NCBI GenBank assembly: GCA_963728395.1
Contig: CAVSJJ010000008.1
Location: 422,227 to 486,226 of the forward strand
Source of the DNA: an uncultured Actinomycetota bacterium
Lineage (GTDB): Bacteria > Actinomycetota > Actinomycetes > Actinomycetales > Dermatophilaceae
Reading direction: 5' to 3'
Length of the DNA: 64,000 bases
The position numbers and the translations under genes are program-made. The notes below the pieces were generated by a model. The model was not told the origin of the DNA. It worked only from the letters and a program-made list of their open reading frames with translations, and did no database searches. Within the stretch, counting starts at the first letter, position 1. Every line of letters starts with the position of its first letter. Below are positions 8,868 through 18,703 of this stretch, piece by piece.

Positions 8868-10251
8868 CGGTGTTCCCGGTGAGGACGGTGCCGTCCGCGA
8901 TGTGCGTCGGCTCGGCGGCCTCGATCACGACGTCGCCGACGCAGCGGATGCCGGCACCGAAGGTCACCTCGCCGTCGACTCGTAGCGAGGTGCACTCGCG
9001 CAGCGACAGCGGGCCGCCGGGGAAGCGCCGCTCGAAGTCGCCCACGAGCTTGAACTCCCCGGACAGGTCCACGAACGGCTCGTCGTGGTCGATCGTCGAG
9101 ACGACCTGGGCGTCGTCGTCGAGACGGTAGAGGTCCGAGCGCAGGAGCAGCAGCTCGTTCGTCGTCTTGACCGGACGGAACCTCGTCCGGGGCACGAGCA
9201 GCGCCTGCGAGCCCTCGAACACCTCGATCGCCGCCCCCATCGCCGACTCGACCTGGATGACGGGTGTGGACGAGGGGTCGCTCGGGTCGACGGTCTTGCG
9301 GTTGACGATGATCGGGAGCCCGAGGACGCCGTCGCGCTCGGCGAGCCGGTCGGCGAGGACGTCGAGGTCGACCCACAGGTTGTTGGCGTGGAAGACGGAG
9401 TGCCGCTCGATGTCCTGGAAGAACTGCTCCTCCCCCGGGACGACCATGGCGTTGTCGCGCAGCACGAGCCGGCCGTCGGCCCGGCGGGCGGCGAGGTGGC
9501 CCCCCTTGCGGTCGTTGAGCGTCCGGACGCACACCTCGGCGACGTAGGGCACGTCGTTTGTCGCCATCCAGGCGGGGATGGCCGGGTCGCACGTGGCGCC
9601 GAGGTTGTCCGCGTTGGAGAGGAAGACATAGCGCATCCCCTTCTCTCGTAGCGTGTCGAGCAGCCCGGACGCGAGGAGCGAGACGTAGACGTCGCCGTGG
9701 CCCGGCGGGCACCACTCCAATGAGGGGTCGGCGGGATGGTCGACCGGGGTGAGGTCGTCGGCGCGCAGCTTGGGTTCGGCGTTCTGGAGGAAGTCCAGCG
9801 GTATGCCGTCGCGCTCGAGCCCCGGGTAGCCCGCGAGAATGCGCAGCGACTCCTCACGGGTGCGGAACGAGTCCATGAGCAGCAGCGGGAGGTCGACGTC
9901 GTAGCGGTCGCGGAGGGCGAGGACCTGCTGGGCGATGATGTCGAGGAAGGTGAGGCCCTCGCGCACCGAGAGCGCCGACTTGGGGCCCTCGATGCCCATG
10001 CTCGTCCCGAGGCCGCCGTTGAGCTTGAGGACCACGGTCCGGGCCAGCGCCTCCCGTCGAGCGTCCTGGCTCGTCGCGAGCTCGGACAGCCGGGGCACCT
10101 CGCCGAGCGGGTCGATCGTGTCCTCCGGCAGGAAGCCGGTGGCGTCCTCCTCCAGTTGGCGGTAGTAGTCGGTGAAGACCGCGATGGCCCGCGCGTCGAC
10201 TCCCCGGTCGCGCATCCTCGTGACGGCCTCGTTCAGCCCTTGGGCACTCAT
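8860..10251 (-). CDS. UTP--glucose-1-phosphate uridylyltransferase, UDPGP (eukaryote-like) family
   Basis: 463 aa with [38 protein letters not shown] and a C-terminal beta-helix-like region. Confidence 0.85.
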   Translation of the reverse strand: MSAQGLNEAVTRMRDRGVDARAIAVFTDYYRQLEEDATGFLPEDTIDPLGEVPRLSELATSQDARREALARTVVLKLNGGLGTSMGIEGPKSALSVREGLTFLDIIAQQVLALRDRYDVDLPLLLMDSFRTREESLRILAGYPGLERDGIPLDFLQNAEPKLRADDLTPVDHPADPSLEWCPPGHGDVYVSLLASGLLDTLREKGMRYVFLSNADNLGATCDPAIPAWMATNDVPYVAEVCVRTLNDRKGGHLAARRADGRLVLRDNAMVVPGEEQFFQDIERHSVFHANNLWVDLDVLADRLAERDGVLGLPIIVNRKTVDPSDPSSTPVIQVESAMGAAIEVFEGSQALLVPRTRFRPVKTTNELLLLRSDLYRLDDDAQVVSTIDHDEPFVDLSGEFKLVGDFERRFPGGPLSLRECTSLRVDGEVTFGAGIRCVGDVVIEAAEPTHIADGTVLTGNTDA

Positions 10252-10274
10252 GCACCAAACCCTACGATGCAGGC

Positions 10275-10844
10275 ATGGCGAGTCCGAGCAAACGGGAGGT
10301 TCGCGCGGCGCTGCGGGAGCGGCGACGCGCCATCGCCGCCGGTCGCGACGTGCCGACCGACTCGGCCCTGCTCGCCGAGGTCGGGGTCGACCTCACCCTC
10401 GAGCTCGGGCTCGACGAGGGCGACACCGTGACGCTCTACGAGTCGTGGGCCGGCGAGCCGCCGACCGGCGCCCTCGTCGCGGCCCTGCTCGCTCGGGGCA
10501 TCCGGGTCCTCGTGCCGATCACCCTGCCCGACCTCGACCTCGACTGGTGCGACGTCGAGGACCCCGACCGCACGCCGCTCGGTGCGAGGGCGATCGCCGA
10601 GGCCGCGCTCGTCCTCGCACCGGGCCTCGCCGTGGACGCCCTCGGGACCCGGCTCGGCCAGGGCGGGGGGTGCTACGACCGGGCACTCCCCCGGCGGCGG
10701 GACGGCATACCGGCTCTCGTCCTGCTCCACCCCGGAGAGCTTGGCGGGTCCGAGGACCCGCTCCTGCCCCTCGCCGAGCACGACCAGCCGGTCGACGGCG
10801 TGCTCACCGCCGAGGGCCGCACCTGGCTGCACCCGCGCGGCTGA
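10275..10844 (+). CDS. 5-formyltetrahydrofolate cyclo-ligase
   Basis: 189 aa starting KREVRAALRERRRAI, with LGQGGGCYDRAL near the C-terminus. Position matches Rv0992c next to the UGPase gene. Confidence 0.75.
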   Translation: MASPSKREVRAALRERRRAIAAGRDVPTDSALLAEVGVDLTLELGLDEGDTVTLYESWAGEPPTGALVAALLARGIRVLVPITLPDLDLDWCDVEDPDRTPLGARAIAEAALVLAPGLAVDALGTRLGQGGGCYDRALPRRRDGIPALVLLHPGELGGSEDPLLPLAEHDQPVDGVLTAEGRTWLHPRG

Positions 10845-10845
10845 C

Positions 10846-10958
10846 CGACCCCAACCCGACCGACCCCAACCCGACCGGGACCGACGGACAGGTTGCTGCC
10901 GGACGGGGGTGTTGCAACACCCCCGTCCGGCACGAACCTCTGCTAGCAGAGGTTCGTG
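10846..10958. repeat. 15-bp tandem duplication plus composite palindromic element, copy B (inverted relative to copy A)
   Basis: cgaccccaacccgac x2 (10846-10875). Then cgacggacaggttgctgcc, a perfect 32-nt palindrome ccggacgggggtgttgcaacacccccgtccgg (10899-10930), and cacgaacctctgctagcagaggttcgtg (10931-10958). Shares gaacctctgctagcagaggttc and gggggtgttgca(g/a)caccccc with 4879-4950. Confidence 0.8.
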
Positions 10959-10992
10959 CAGGGGACGCGGGGTGGAGGGAGCGGGCGTTTGC

Positions 10993-13596
10993 TCAGCCGG
11001 AGGAGGGGAGCAGGGTGAGCGTGTCCTTGGCGCCCTCGTCGACGGCGGATCGGGTGAAGGGCCACGGGTACTGCTCGCCCTTGACCCAGGCATCGATCTG
11101 GTCGGCATAGTGCGCGCTCATCGGGTGCCCGCTCGCCCCGGTCTGGTTGATCCAGGTCGAGGCGTCGAGGTGGGAGAGGTCGACGACCATCCGCATCGAC
11201 GGTGCCCAGTTGACGGAGTAGTCCTTGCTCGCGTTCCACCCGTTGGCGTCGACGATCGAGGAGCCGCCGGGCATCTCGTAGCCGCCCTTGTTGAAGATCC
11301 AGTGCAGCAGCGCGCCCTGGGGTCCGGTCAGGTCGGCGCCGCCGAGGACGGCATGGCGCAGGGTCAGCTGGTGCAGCTTGCCCCACTGCCAGTCGGTCGG
11401 GTCCTTCCCCAGCTCTTTCGTCAGCTCGAGCCTCGCGGCGACGAGGGCCTGGCGGATGATCTCGTCCTTGCCCTCGGTCACGTCGGCGGTCTGCTTGTTG
11501 TCCCACCACGGGCTCTCCGGGGTGTCCAGGAGGGTGATGACCGCCTGCATCCACCGGTCGCCCCCGTTGGCCTGGAGGTCGGCCGGCAGCTCGTCGTCGA
11601 AGAGGAGCCGAAGCAGGTTGGACCACACGGCGTTGTAGTAGGCCGCCGCCGCCGAGCTGCGGTTGTCACCCGCAGGGTTGGCGTAGTTCCAGCCCCGCAG
11701 CAGGTTCTGGGCCTCGCGGGTGAACTCCGCGTCGCCACCGGTGTCGTCGTTGGTGATCCGCACCGACAGGAAGGCCTTGACGAGGGTCTGCGCCGCGAGG
11801 TTGCGGGTGTCCATCTGGATCGACGCCATGTCGGCGGGGGTGACCTTGTCCAGCGCCTGGACCCGCTCCCGGATCCGGGCGGACCGGAACCCGTAGTCCC
11901 ACTCCGTCGTGAGGAACGGCGAGCGGGTGTCGGTGACGGCCTGGTTGGCGGTGACGATGAAGCCCTCGGGCGGGTCGTACGTCCACGGCATCTGGTCGAA
12001 GGGTACGAAGCCGCGCCAGTCATAGCTGGAGTCCCACCCCGGTGCCGGCCAGTACCCGGGCGGGGTGTCCGGGATGCCGGGCCTGCGGATCGGCACCTCG
12101 CCCGGCGCCTGGTAGCCGATGTGCCCGTCGACGTCGGCATAGACGAGGTTCTGGGCGGGCACCGCGAACTGACGCGCCGCCGCCCGGAAGTCTGCGAAGT
12201 TCTGCGCCGTGTTGAGGGCGAAGATCGCGTCGGCCGTCGAGGTCGGCTTCAGCCCGGTCCAGGCCAGCGATACCGCGTATGCCGTCCCGCGCTCCTGCTT
12301 GTCGGCCAGCGGCGGGCTCGTCCCGGCCTCGGCGAAGGCGGTGATGACGTCGGAGAGCACCGGCCCGTGGACGGTGCTGCGGACCGTGATGGTCTGGGGG
12401 TCGCCGCCGCAGACCGTGATCGTCTCCTGGCGGGTCTGCAGCGGGAGCCATCGGCGGTCGCGCTGGTAGGTGTCGCCGACGATCTTCTCGAGGTAGAGGT
12501 CGGTGACATCCGGGCCGAGGTTGGTGAAACCCCAGGCGATCGACTGGTTGTGCCCGATGATGACGCCGGGCACGCCGCTGAACGAGAAGCCGGCGACGTC
12601 GAGCGGGCAGGACGAGGACACCGTCGTGCAGTGCAGGCCGACCTGGTACCAGATGCCCGGGATCCCGACGCCGAGGTGCGGGTCGTTGGCGAGCAGCGGC
12701 TTGCCCGTCGTCGTCTTCGACCCGGCGACGACCCACGAGTTCGAGCCGATGCCGTCGCCGCGCCCGACGAGCGAGGGGATCTGCTCGAGGGCGGCCGACA
12801 CCGCGGCATACGCGCGCTCGGCGCCCGCCGAGCGCAAGGAGGACGGCACCGAGGCCGCCGAACCGGTCGGGGGCCTGGCGCCGGGCGTCCAGTCCTGTCT
12901 CGAGAGGATCGGCGGGTGCTCGTCGTAGGGGTAGGGCGGGTAGATCTGGTTGATCTGGGCGACCGACATCCGGGCGGCCAACCGGGCCCGGGCCAGCTCG
13001 TCGGCGTAGTCGCCCTTGAGGTCCCAGGCCATGGCGATGAGCCAGCCGAGGGAGTCCACCGGCGTCCAGTCCTCGATCGAGTACTCCGGGAGCGCCACGC
13101 CGAGGGCGGTGTACTCCAGCGACACGTCCGACGGTGAGCGACCGTCGAGGTAGGCGTTGACCCCGTCGGCGTAGGCCTGGAGGTACTGCCGGGTCTCGGG
13201 CTTGAGGGTGGGCAGCTCCTCCTCGGCGATCTGGCGCCATCCCATCGCCCTGATGACCTTGTCGGTGTCGACCCCGTCCTTGCCGACGAGCTCGGCGAGC
13301 CGTCCGGAGGTGATGTGGCGACGCAGGTCCATCTCGAAGAAGCGGTCCTGCGCGTGCACGTAGCCCTCGGCCTTGGCGATGTCGGAGACGGTGTCCCCGT
13401 AGATCTGGGGCACTCCCCGGTCGTCGCGGATCACGGTGACCCGCCCGGCCAGCGCGGGAACGGTGACTTCGCCGCTCGTCGTGGGGAAGGGCTTGCGGAT
13501 GGTGATGGCCAGCCCGACCACGACGACGAGGGCGAGGACGACAACCAGGGCGAGGACGCCCATACCGGTTCGACGGATGAGCTTCGCGCGGGTCAC
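10993..13596 (-). CDS. penicillin acylase family protein (Ntn hydrolase; penicillin/AHL acylase-like)
   Basis: 867 aa with an N-terminal TM/signal anchor and VHAQDRFFEMDLRRH. The nucleophile context is GIGSNSWVVAGSKTTTGKPLLANDPHL. Confidence 0.85.
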   Translation of the reverse strand: MTRAKLIRRTGMGVLALVVVLALVVVVGLAITIRKPFPTTSGEVTVPALAGRVTVIRDDRGVPQIYGDTVSDIAKAEGYVHAQDRFFEMDLRRHITSGRLAELVGKDGVDTDKVIRAMGWRQIAEEELPTLKPETRQYLQAYADGVNAYLDGRSPSDVSLEYTALGVALPEYSIEDWTPVDSLGWLIAMAWDLKGDYADELARARLAARMSVAQINQIYPPYPYDEHPPILSRQDWTPGARPPTGSAASVPSSLRSAGAERAYAAVSAALEQIPSLVGRGDGIGSNSWVVAGSKTTTGKPLLANDPHLGVGIPGIWYQVGLHCTTVSSSCPLDVAGFSFSGVPGVIIGHNQSIAWGFTNLGPDVTDLYLEKIVGDTYQRDRRWLPLQTRQETITVCGGDPQTITVRSTVHGPVLSDVITAFAEAGTSPPLADKQERGTAYAVSLAWTGLKPTSTADAIFALNTAQNFADFRAAARQFAVPAQNLVYADVDGHIGYQAPGEVPIRRPGIPDTPPGYWPAPGWDSSYDWRGFVPFDQMPWTYDPPEGFIVTANQAVTDTRSPFLTTEWDYGFRSARIRERVQALDKVTPADMASIQMDTRNLAAQTLVKAFLSVRITNDDTGGDAEFTREAQNLLRGWNYANPAGDNRSSAAAAYYNAVWSNLLRLLFDDELPADLQANGGDRWMQAVITLLDTPESPWWDNKQTADVTEGKDEIIRQALVAARLELTKELGKDPTDWQWGKLHQLTLRHAVLGGADLTGPQGALLHWIFNKGGYEMPGGSSIVDANGWNASKDYSVNWAPSMRMVVDLSHLDASTWINQTGASGHPMSAHYADQIDAWVKGEQYPWPFTRSAVDEGAKDTLTLLPSSG

Positions 13597-13646
13597 CCTG
13601 CGAGACTAGGACACGATTCGACGAGACACGGAGGGACGGGCCGGAG

Positions 13647-15209
13647 ATGACCTCGGGTTGGGCCCTCGCCGACTCGGCAGCGGATGCCTTCACGGTCGAC
13701 GACCTCGCCGTCGTCCTGCTCATCGCGGCTGCGGTCCTCGTCGTGTCCGTCGCAGCCGTGCGGGTATCCGTCCGCTCGGGCCTGCCGTCGTTGCTCATCT
13801 ACCTCGGCATCGGGCTCGCCCTCGGAGAGGGCGGCATCGGCATCCAGTTCGACTCGACGAACCTCACCCGGGTCCTCGGGTACGCCGCCCTCGTCGTCAT
13901 CCTCATCGAGGGTGGCATCACGACCCGCTGGGACGGCATCCGCCGCTCCGTCGCGCCGGCCGCGCTACTAGCGACGGTCGGCGTCGGCGTGTCGGTCGGC
14001 GTCGTCGCCCTCGTCGCCCGGTACGTCCTCGACCTGCCGTGGTCGGTCGCCGTCCTCGTCGGCGGCGTCCTCGCCTCGACCGACGCCGCCGCGGTGTTCT
14101 CCGTGCTGCGCCGGGTGCCGCTGCCGCGGTCGGTCACCGGGATGCTCGAGGCCGAGTCCGGCTTCAACGACGCCCCCGTCGTCCTCCTCGTCGTCGCCCT
14201 CTCCGAGCAGGCGGTCGCGGGCGGGGAGGCCGAGTCGTGGTGGCTGCTCGCGCTCATGGCGGTCCTCGAGCTCCTCGGCGGCGTCGCCATCGGGCTCGCC
14301 ATCGGCTATGCGGGCGGCTGGCTCATGCGCCGGGTGGCGAGCGGCTCCTCGACGTTGTTCGCCATCGGGGTCGTGTCCGTCGCGATCCTCGCGTATGCCG
14401 TGGCCGACCTCGCGCACACCTCCGGCTTCATCGCGACCTATCTCGCGGCCCTCCTGCTGGGCAACCTCGGGCTACCGCACCGGCCGGCCGTGCTCGGGTT
14501 CGCGGCGGCGCTCGGCTGGCTCGCCCAGATCGGGCTGTTCGTCCTCCTCGGCCTGCTCGCCTCGCCAGGCGGCTTCCCCGGCCAGCTGGGCGCGGCCCTC
14601 GTCATCGGTCTCGTGCTTCTCTTCGTCGCCCGCCCGCTCTCGGTCGCCGTCGCGTGCACCCCGTTCCGAATGCCATGGCGGACCCAGGCCTTCCTCTCCT
14701 GGGCCGGGCTGCGGGGGGCGGTGCCGGTCGTCGTCGCGACGATTCCCATCACGGCCGGGATGCCCGGGGTCGACTGGCTGCTCGACCTCGTCTTCGACCT
14801 CGTCGTCGTCTTCACCGCGATCCAGGCACCGACCCTGCCGTGGGTGGCTCGACGGCTCGGGCTGGACCAGTCGCATCTCTCGCTCGACCTCGCTGTCGAG
14901 GTGACCCCCCTGGAGGAGCTCGGCGCGCAGATCCTCGAGGTCGATGTCGGGTCCACGTCGCGGATCGCCGGCGTCCAGGTCTTCGAGCTGCGCCTGCCCG
15001 CGGGGGCGCAGGTCACCCTCGTCGTGCGGGACGGCGAGGGGTTCGTCCCCAAGGAGTCGACGGCGCTGCGGCACGGGGACCGGCTGCTCGTCGTGACGAC
15101 TTCGGCCGCGCGAGCCGCCGCCGAGCGCCGGCTCTACGCGGTCAGCCGCGGCGGGCGGCTGGCGCGGTGGTCCCCCGGAGCCGACGGCGGCACGCCCCCT
15201 CAGGGCTGA
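13647..15209 (+). CDS. K+/H+ antiporter, CPA1 family (NhaP2/CvrA-like) with C-terminal TrkA-C domain
   Basis: 520 aa with about 12 TM segments and MLEAESGFNDAPVVLLV. The C-terminal RCK_C-like region reads VQVFELRLPAGAQVTLVVRDGEGFVPKESTALRHGDRLLVV. Confidence 0.8.
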   Translation: MTSGWALADSAADAFTVDDLAVVLLIAAAVLVVSVAAVRVSVRSGLPSLLIYLGIGLALGEGGIGIQFDSTNLTRVLGYAALVVILIEGGITTRWDGIRRSVAPAALLATVGVGVSVGVVALVARYVLDLPWSVAVLVGGVLASTDAAAVFSVLRRVPLPRSVTGMLEAESGFNDAPVVLLVVALSEQAVAGGEAESWWLLALMAVLELLGGVAIGLAIGYAGGWLMRRVASGSSTLFAIGVVSVAILAYAVADLAHTSGFIATYLAALLLGNLGLPHRPAVLGFAAALGWLAQIGLFVLLGLLASPGGFPGQLGAALVIGLVLLFVARPLSVAVACTPFRMPWRTQAFLSWAGLRGAVPVVVATIPITAGMPGVDWLLDLVFDLVVVFTAIQAPTLPWVARRLGLDQSHLSLDLAVEVTPLEELGAQILEVDVGSTSRIAGVQVFELRLPAGAQVTLVVRDGEGFVPKESTALRHGDRLLVVTTSAARAAAERRLYAVSRGGRLARWSPGADGGTPPQG

Positions 15210-15290
15210 GCGGGCGGCATACCCCCTCAGGTACACCGCCCGCTCGGCGGGTGGGCGGGCCCCTCAGCACCGCCCGGGTCGACGCGCCCC

Positions 15291-16955
15291 TCAGCGCGCC
15301 GCCGCATAGTGGGCCGAGATCCGCTCGGAGGTCAGGGCCGTCGGGTAGATCGCCGTCTCGCTGAGGTCGGCGGTCAAACCGCCGGTACCGCCGCGGACGA
15401 GACCGGAGACGTCGTCGGTGCCGGCCCGCCAGTAGCCGCTGGTGGTGCCGAAGACGAAGGCCAACGGAGTCGAGGCCTCTTCGCGGCCATCGACGTAGAT
15501 CGAGAGGCTGAATGTCTGGTAGGCCACCGCGAGGTGGTGCCACCGACCGTCGACGATGTTCGTCGAGGAGACGAGGCTGGTCAGGCCGAAGAATACGGGC
15601 ACCGCGGCGTGGCCGTCGGAGTCGACGTAGAGGACGCGGGAGCGGTTCGTGCTGTCACCCTGCGCAGGCGTCTTGTCGCCGAAACCGATGATCTGCGCGG
15701 GGGCGGTGCCCGTGGAGCGGAACCATGTCTCGATGGTGAAGTTGCCGTCCTCGCTCGTCCGGGACTTCTGGGTCAGCGCGCCCGTGGCGTTGAACCGGGT
15801 GGCGTCCGAACACGTCATCGCGCCGCCGAGTGGCATCGTCACCGAGCCGGTGTAGGAGCCGGAGGAGTCGGCCTGGGTGCTGCCGTGCGGCCAGCGGATG
15901 GTCGGGTTGTCGGCGAGCACGGCCGCGGCGTACGCCGTCGGGCCGCACATCTTCTTCGCCGTCGAGAAGGACGCCGCCATCGCCGTCGAGGAGGTGAACA
16001 GCGCGCCGGTCATCCCGACCGAGAGGCCGAGGACGGCGGCGGCGGAGACGGCGATCGTCGAGAGGCGGGCCCGCGGACGCAGCTCGCGCACCGGGCGCGC
16101 AGCCGCGTGCCGGGCGAGGTGCTGGCCGTCCGCGTGACCGGGATTGTGGCGGACGGGGTGGCGCACCGGATGGCCGGCGGGGTGCGGACGGGCCGGACGG
16201 AGCGTGCGGGGCGGCCGGTCGGCCGACGGGCGGGTCGGGACAACCGGCGGGGTGGCACCGCCGGGGCCGCCGTCGTCGACGTCGTCGTCGTTCCCGCGCT
16301 CGCCGTCGTGGTGGTCGTGGTCGGACGCGCCCTCGTCCTCGGTCGCCGCCGTGACGACGGCCGGCTCGAGCTCGAGGGGCTCCGCGGCGGACTCGACGCC
16401 GGCTCCCGTCCTCCCCCGGAGGATGACCTTGACGGCAACCGAGGCGTTGTAGCCGAGGACGAGCAGGAGCGGGAGGCCGAGAGTCAGCAGGCGCCAGGAG
16501 GCGTCGGTGTAGAGGATGACGTAGCGGCCGGCGCCCGGAATGACGGTGCCGGCGATGCCGACGACGCTGCTCGCGGGGGTGTAGTTGGGGTCCGGGACCG
16601 CGTTGGCGTCACCCTTGGTCTGGATGAACCGGCCCTCGGGCCGGTCGATGATCGCGTGGATCCGGTGGGTGGTCAGCTGCTCCTCGCCGGGGGCGTGGAA
16701 GGTGACGATCTGTCCGACCCGCAGGTCCTCCGGCTTCGGCGCCGGACGGACGATGACGACGTCACCGGCGACGAACTGAGGGGTCATCGATCCCGAGAGG
16801 ACGACGGCGACCTGCCGGCCGGTCAGCCGGAGGGCGGCCGCCCCGCCGACGGCGAGGAGCGCGCTGGCCGTCGCGACGACGAGCAGGGCCGTCATGAGGC
16901 CGCGAACGAGCCGTGAGAGCCAGTGGCGCCGGGAGCCGGGGCGAGAGGAGGCCAT
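15291..16955 (-). CDS. SipW-type (archaeal/ER-type) signal peptidase I fused in frame to a LamG/concanavalin-like domain protein
   Basis: aa 1-180: TM, then SGSMTP (Ser), TTHRI (His), TKGDAN, then a second TM. aa 181-297: Asp/His/Pro-rich linker (SDHDHHDGERGNDDDVDDG, HPVRHPVRH). aa 298-330: hydrophobic segment ending MTGALFTSSTAMA (SipW-type signal peptide). aa 331-554: lectin-like domain (DGRWHHLAVAYQTFSLSIYVDG). No stop codon between the parts. Confidence 0.7.
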   Translation of the reverse strand: MASSRPGSRRHWLSRLVRGLMTALLVVATASALLAVGGAAALRLTGRQVAVVLSGSMTPQFVAGDVVIVRPAPKPEDLRVGQIVTFHAPGEEQLTTHRIHAIIDRPEGRFIQTKGDANAVPDPNYTPASSVVGIAGTVIPGAGRYVILYTDASWRLLTLGLPLLLVLGYNASVAVKVILRGRTGAGVESAAEPLELEPAVVTAATEDEGASDHDHHDGERGNDDDVDDGGPGGATPPVVPTRPSADRPPRTLRPARPHPAGHPVRHPVRHNPGHADGQHLARHAAARPVRELRPRARLSTIAVSAAAVLGLSVGMTGALFTSSTAMAASFSTAKKMCGPTAYAAAVLADNPTIRWPHGSTQADSSGSYTGSVTMPLGGAMTCSDATRFNATGALTQKSRTSEDGNFTIETWFRSTGTAPAQIIGFGDKTPAQGDSTNRSRVLYVDSDGHAAVPVFFGLTSLVSSTNIVDGRWHHLAVAYQTFSLSIYVDGREEASTPLAFVFGTTSGYWRAGTDDVSGLVRGGTGGLTADLSETAIYPTALTSERISAHYAAAR

Positions 16956-17072
16956 GGGACGTCCTTCGGGAGGGGAGGTGGTGAGCGAGGTGGTCCTGCT
17001 CGGGGCCCGTCGAGGGGGACGGGATGGGTGGCCGCCCGGGCGCCGTACTGCCGGCGCCCGGGCGGCGGTGGA

Positions 17073-17693
17073 TCACGGGTTGTTGGCGATCTGCTCGGAG
17101 TCGAACGTCATCGTGACGTTCGCGGTCTTGCCCTGGAAGGCGTTGCCCGTCGCCAGCGGGAGGGAGACCTGCATGCAGAGGTTCTCGCTCGCGCCGGCGG
17201 AGAGGGTGCGGTCGCCGGCCTGGGATCCGCTGGTGTTGTCGCCGATGACCTTCGTGCCGGCCGAGCTGGCGAGCGGGCCGGTGTAGATCTCGGTGCCGCT
17301 CGAGCCGAAGCCGGCGGTGGTGCAGGTCGTGACGCCGGCCTTGACCGTGTAGGCGAGCTGGCCGGCGAGGGTGTCGCTGGCGGCGTCGTCGGTCTTGATG
17401 GACATCGCGTACCGCTCGGCGAGGGTGCCCGCGTTCTGGACGGTGATGCCGGCGGTGAGGGTGTCACCGGGCGCCATGTTCGTCATGGTCAGCGGGACGG
17501 ACGCCGCGCTGGCGTTGATGTCGACCGTGCCGGTGACGAACGACGTACCGGAGACGGTGGCCGAGTCGGAGAACAGGGCCCCGGTCGTGACGGCGGTGAG
17601 GCCGACGAGCGAGACGATGGCGAGGAGCAGGGTGAGCAGGGCGCTGCGGCGGGACGTGCGGTTCTCGGCGCGGGCGGCGCGGGTTTCGGACAT
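17073..17693 (-). CDS. TasA/camelysin-family secreted protein with SipW-type signal peptide
   Basis: ATG with aggag RBS. The signal reads SRRSALLTLLLAIVSLVGLTAVTTGALFSDSATVSGTSFVTGTVDINAS, followed by a beta-rich mature part. Lies immediately upstream of the signal peptidase gene. Confidence 0.75.
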   Translation of the reverse strand: MSETRAARAENRTSRRSALLTLLLAIVSLVGLTAVTTGALFSDSATVSGTSFVTGTVDINASAASVPLTMTNMAPGDTLTAGITVQNAGTLAERYAMSIKTDDAASDTLAGQLAYTVKAGVTTCTTAGFGSSGTEIYTGPLASSAGTKVIGDNTSGSQAGDRTLSAGASENLCMQVSLPLATGNAFQGKTANVTMTFDSEQIANNP

Positions 17694-18331
17694 GGTGTGG
17701 ATCTCCTGGGTCGAGGGGCGGGTGGTGCGGATGTCGGTGGGAACTCGGTTGTCGGCCGGGCCGGACTTTGCAATCACCTGGTGAAGATTTACGTTCTCTT
17801 TACCTTTCGTTGATCAAGGTAATGGCGAAACGAATACCGCGTTACGGGTTCTGCGAAGGTGTGGCGGCCTCGGCGCGGCTCGAGACCGGCCGGGCGAGCC
17901 CTCCGGGGCCGTCCTGGAGGCCGGGCCGCACGCAGCCAATCGCGGTGTCGCACAATGGATTCCCCGAGTTGACGGCGACTTCCCATGCCGCGCCAACGCG
18001 GCGCCGGGAGCCCTGGGAGACGGCCTCGCGGCCGGCTGAGGACGACCCCTTGGGCTGAGGACCCCCTGGCCGAACGGATGACCCCGGGCCCGGGCGATCG
18101 TCCGGGGGGCCCCGGCCATCGGGAGGACCGTCGGCGCAGGTCAGCGGTCCTGCGAGGGCTCAGCACCGGTCGCCGGCGGCCGCGTCGGGGCGGCGGCTGC
18201 ACCCGTTCCTTGACCCGCGGCATACCTTCGGGCATATCCGGGCCCCGAGGCGCGTTCTCGATACCGGCGAGGGTATGCCGCCGCCGATCCCGTATTCTTT
18301 CGCTCGACCATCCGGACCAGAGGAGACCGCC

Positions 18332-18664
18332 GTGCCCACGTACGCGTATGCGTGTACCGAGTGCGACCACCGTTTCGAGGTCGTCCAGTCCTTCACCGAC
18401 GACTCGCTGAGCGTCTGCCCGGAGTGTGAGGGGCGGCTGCGCAAGGTGTTCAACGCCGTGGGCGTCGTGTTCAAGGGCGGCGGCTTCTATCGGACCGACT
18501 CGCGGGGGTCGAGCGGCTCGACTTCGGCCCCGGCAGCCGCCTCGTCCGACGCGGCTGCGACGCGCACCTCGTCGCAGCCGGCCTCGAGTGGGTCCGGCTC
18601 GAGTGGGTCCGGCTCGTCCACAGCCATGGCCGACGCGGGTGCGTCGTCCACAGCCGCGAGCTGA
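18332..18664 (+). CDS. FmdB-family zinc-ribbon protein with Ser-rich tail
   Basis: GTG with aggag RBS. VPTYAYACTECDHRFEVVQSFTDDSLSVCPECEGRLRKVF carries the CxxC...CxxC pattern. Counterpart of the Rv0991c position. Confidence 0.8.
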   Translation: MPTYAYACTECDHRFEVVQSFTDDSLSVCPECEGRLRKVFNAVGVVFKGGGFYRTDSRGSSGSTSAPAAASSDAAATRTSSQPASSGSGSSGSGSSTAMADAGASSTAAS

Positions 18665-18703
18665 CCCCCGCCGCGCCCTCGCCGGCGCCCTAGCGTCGCC
18701 TGG

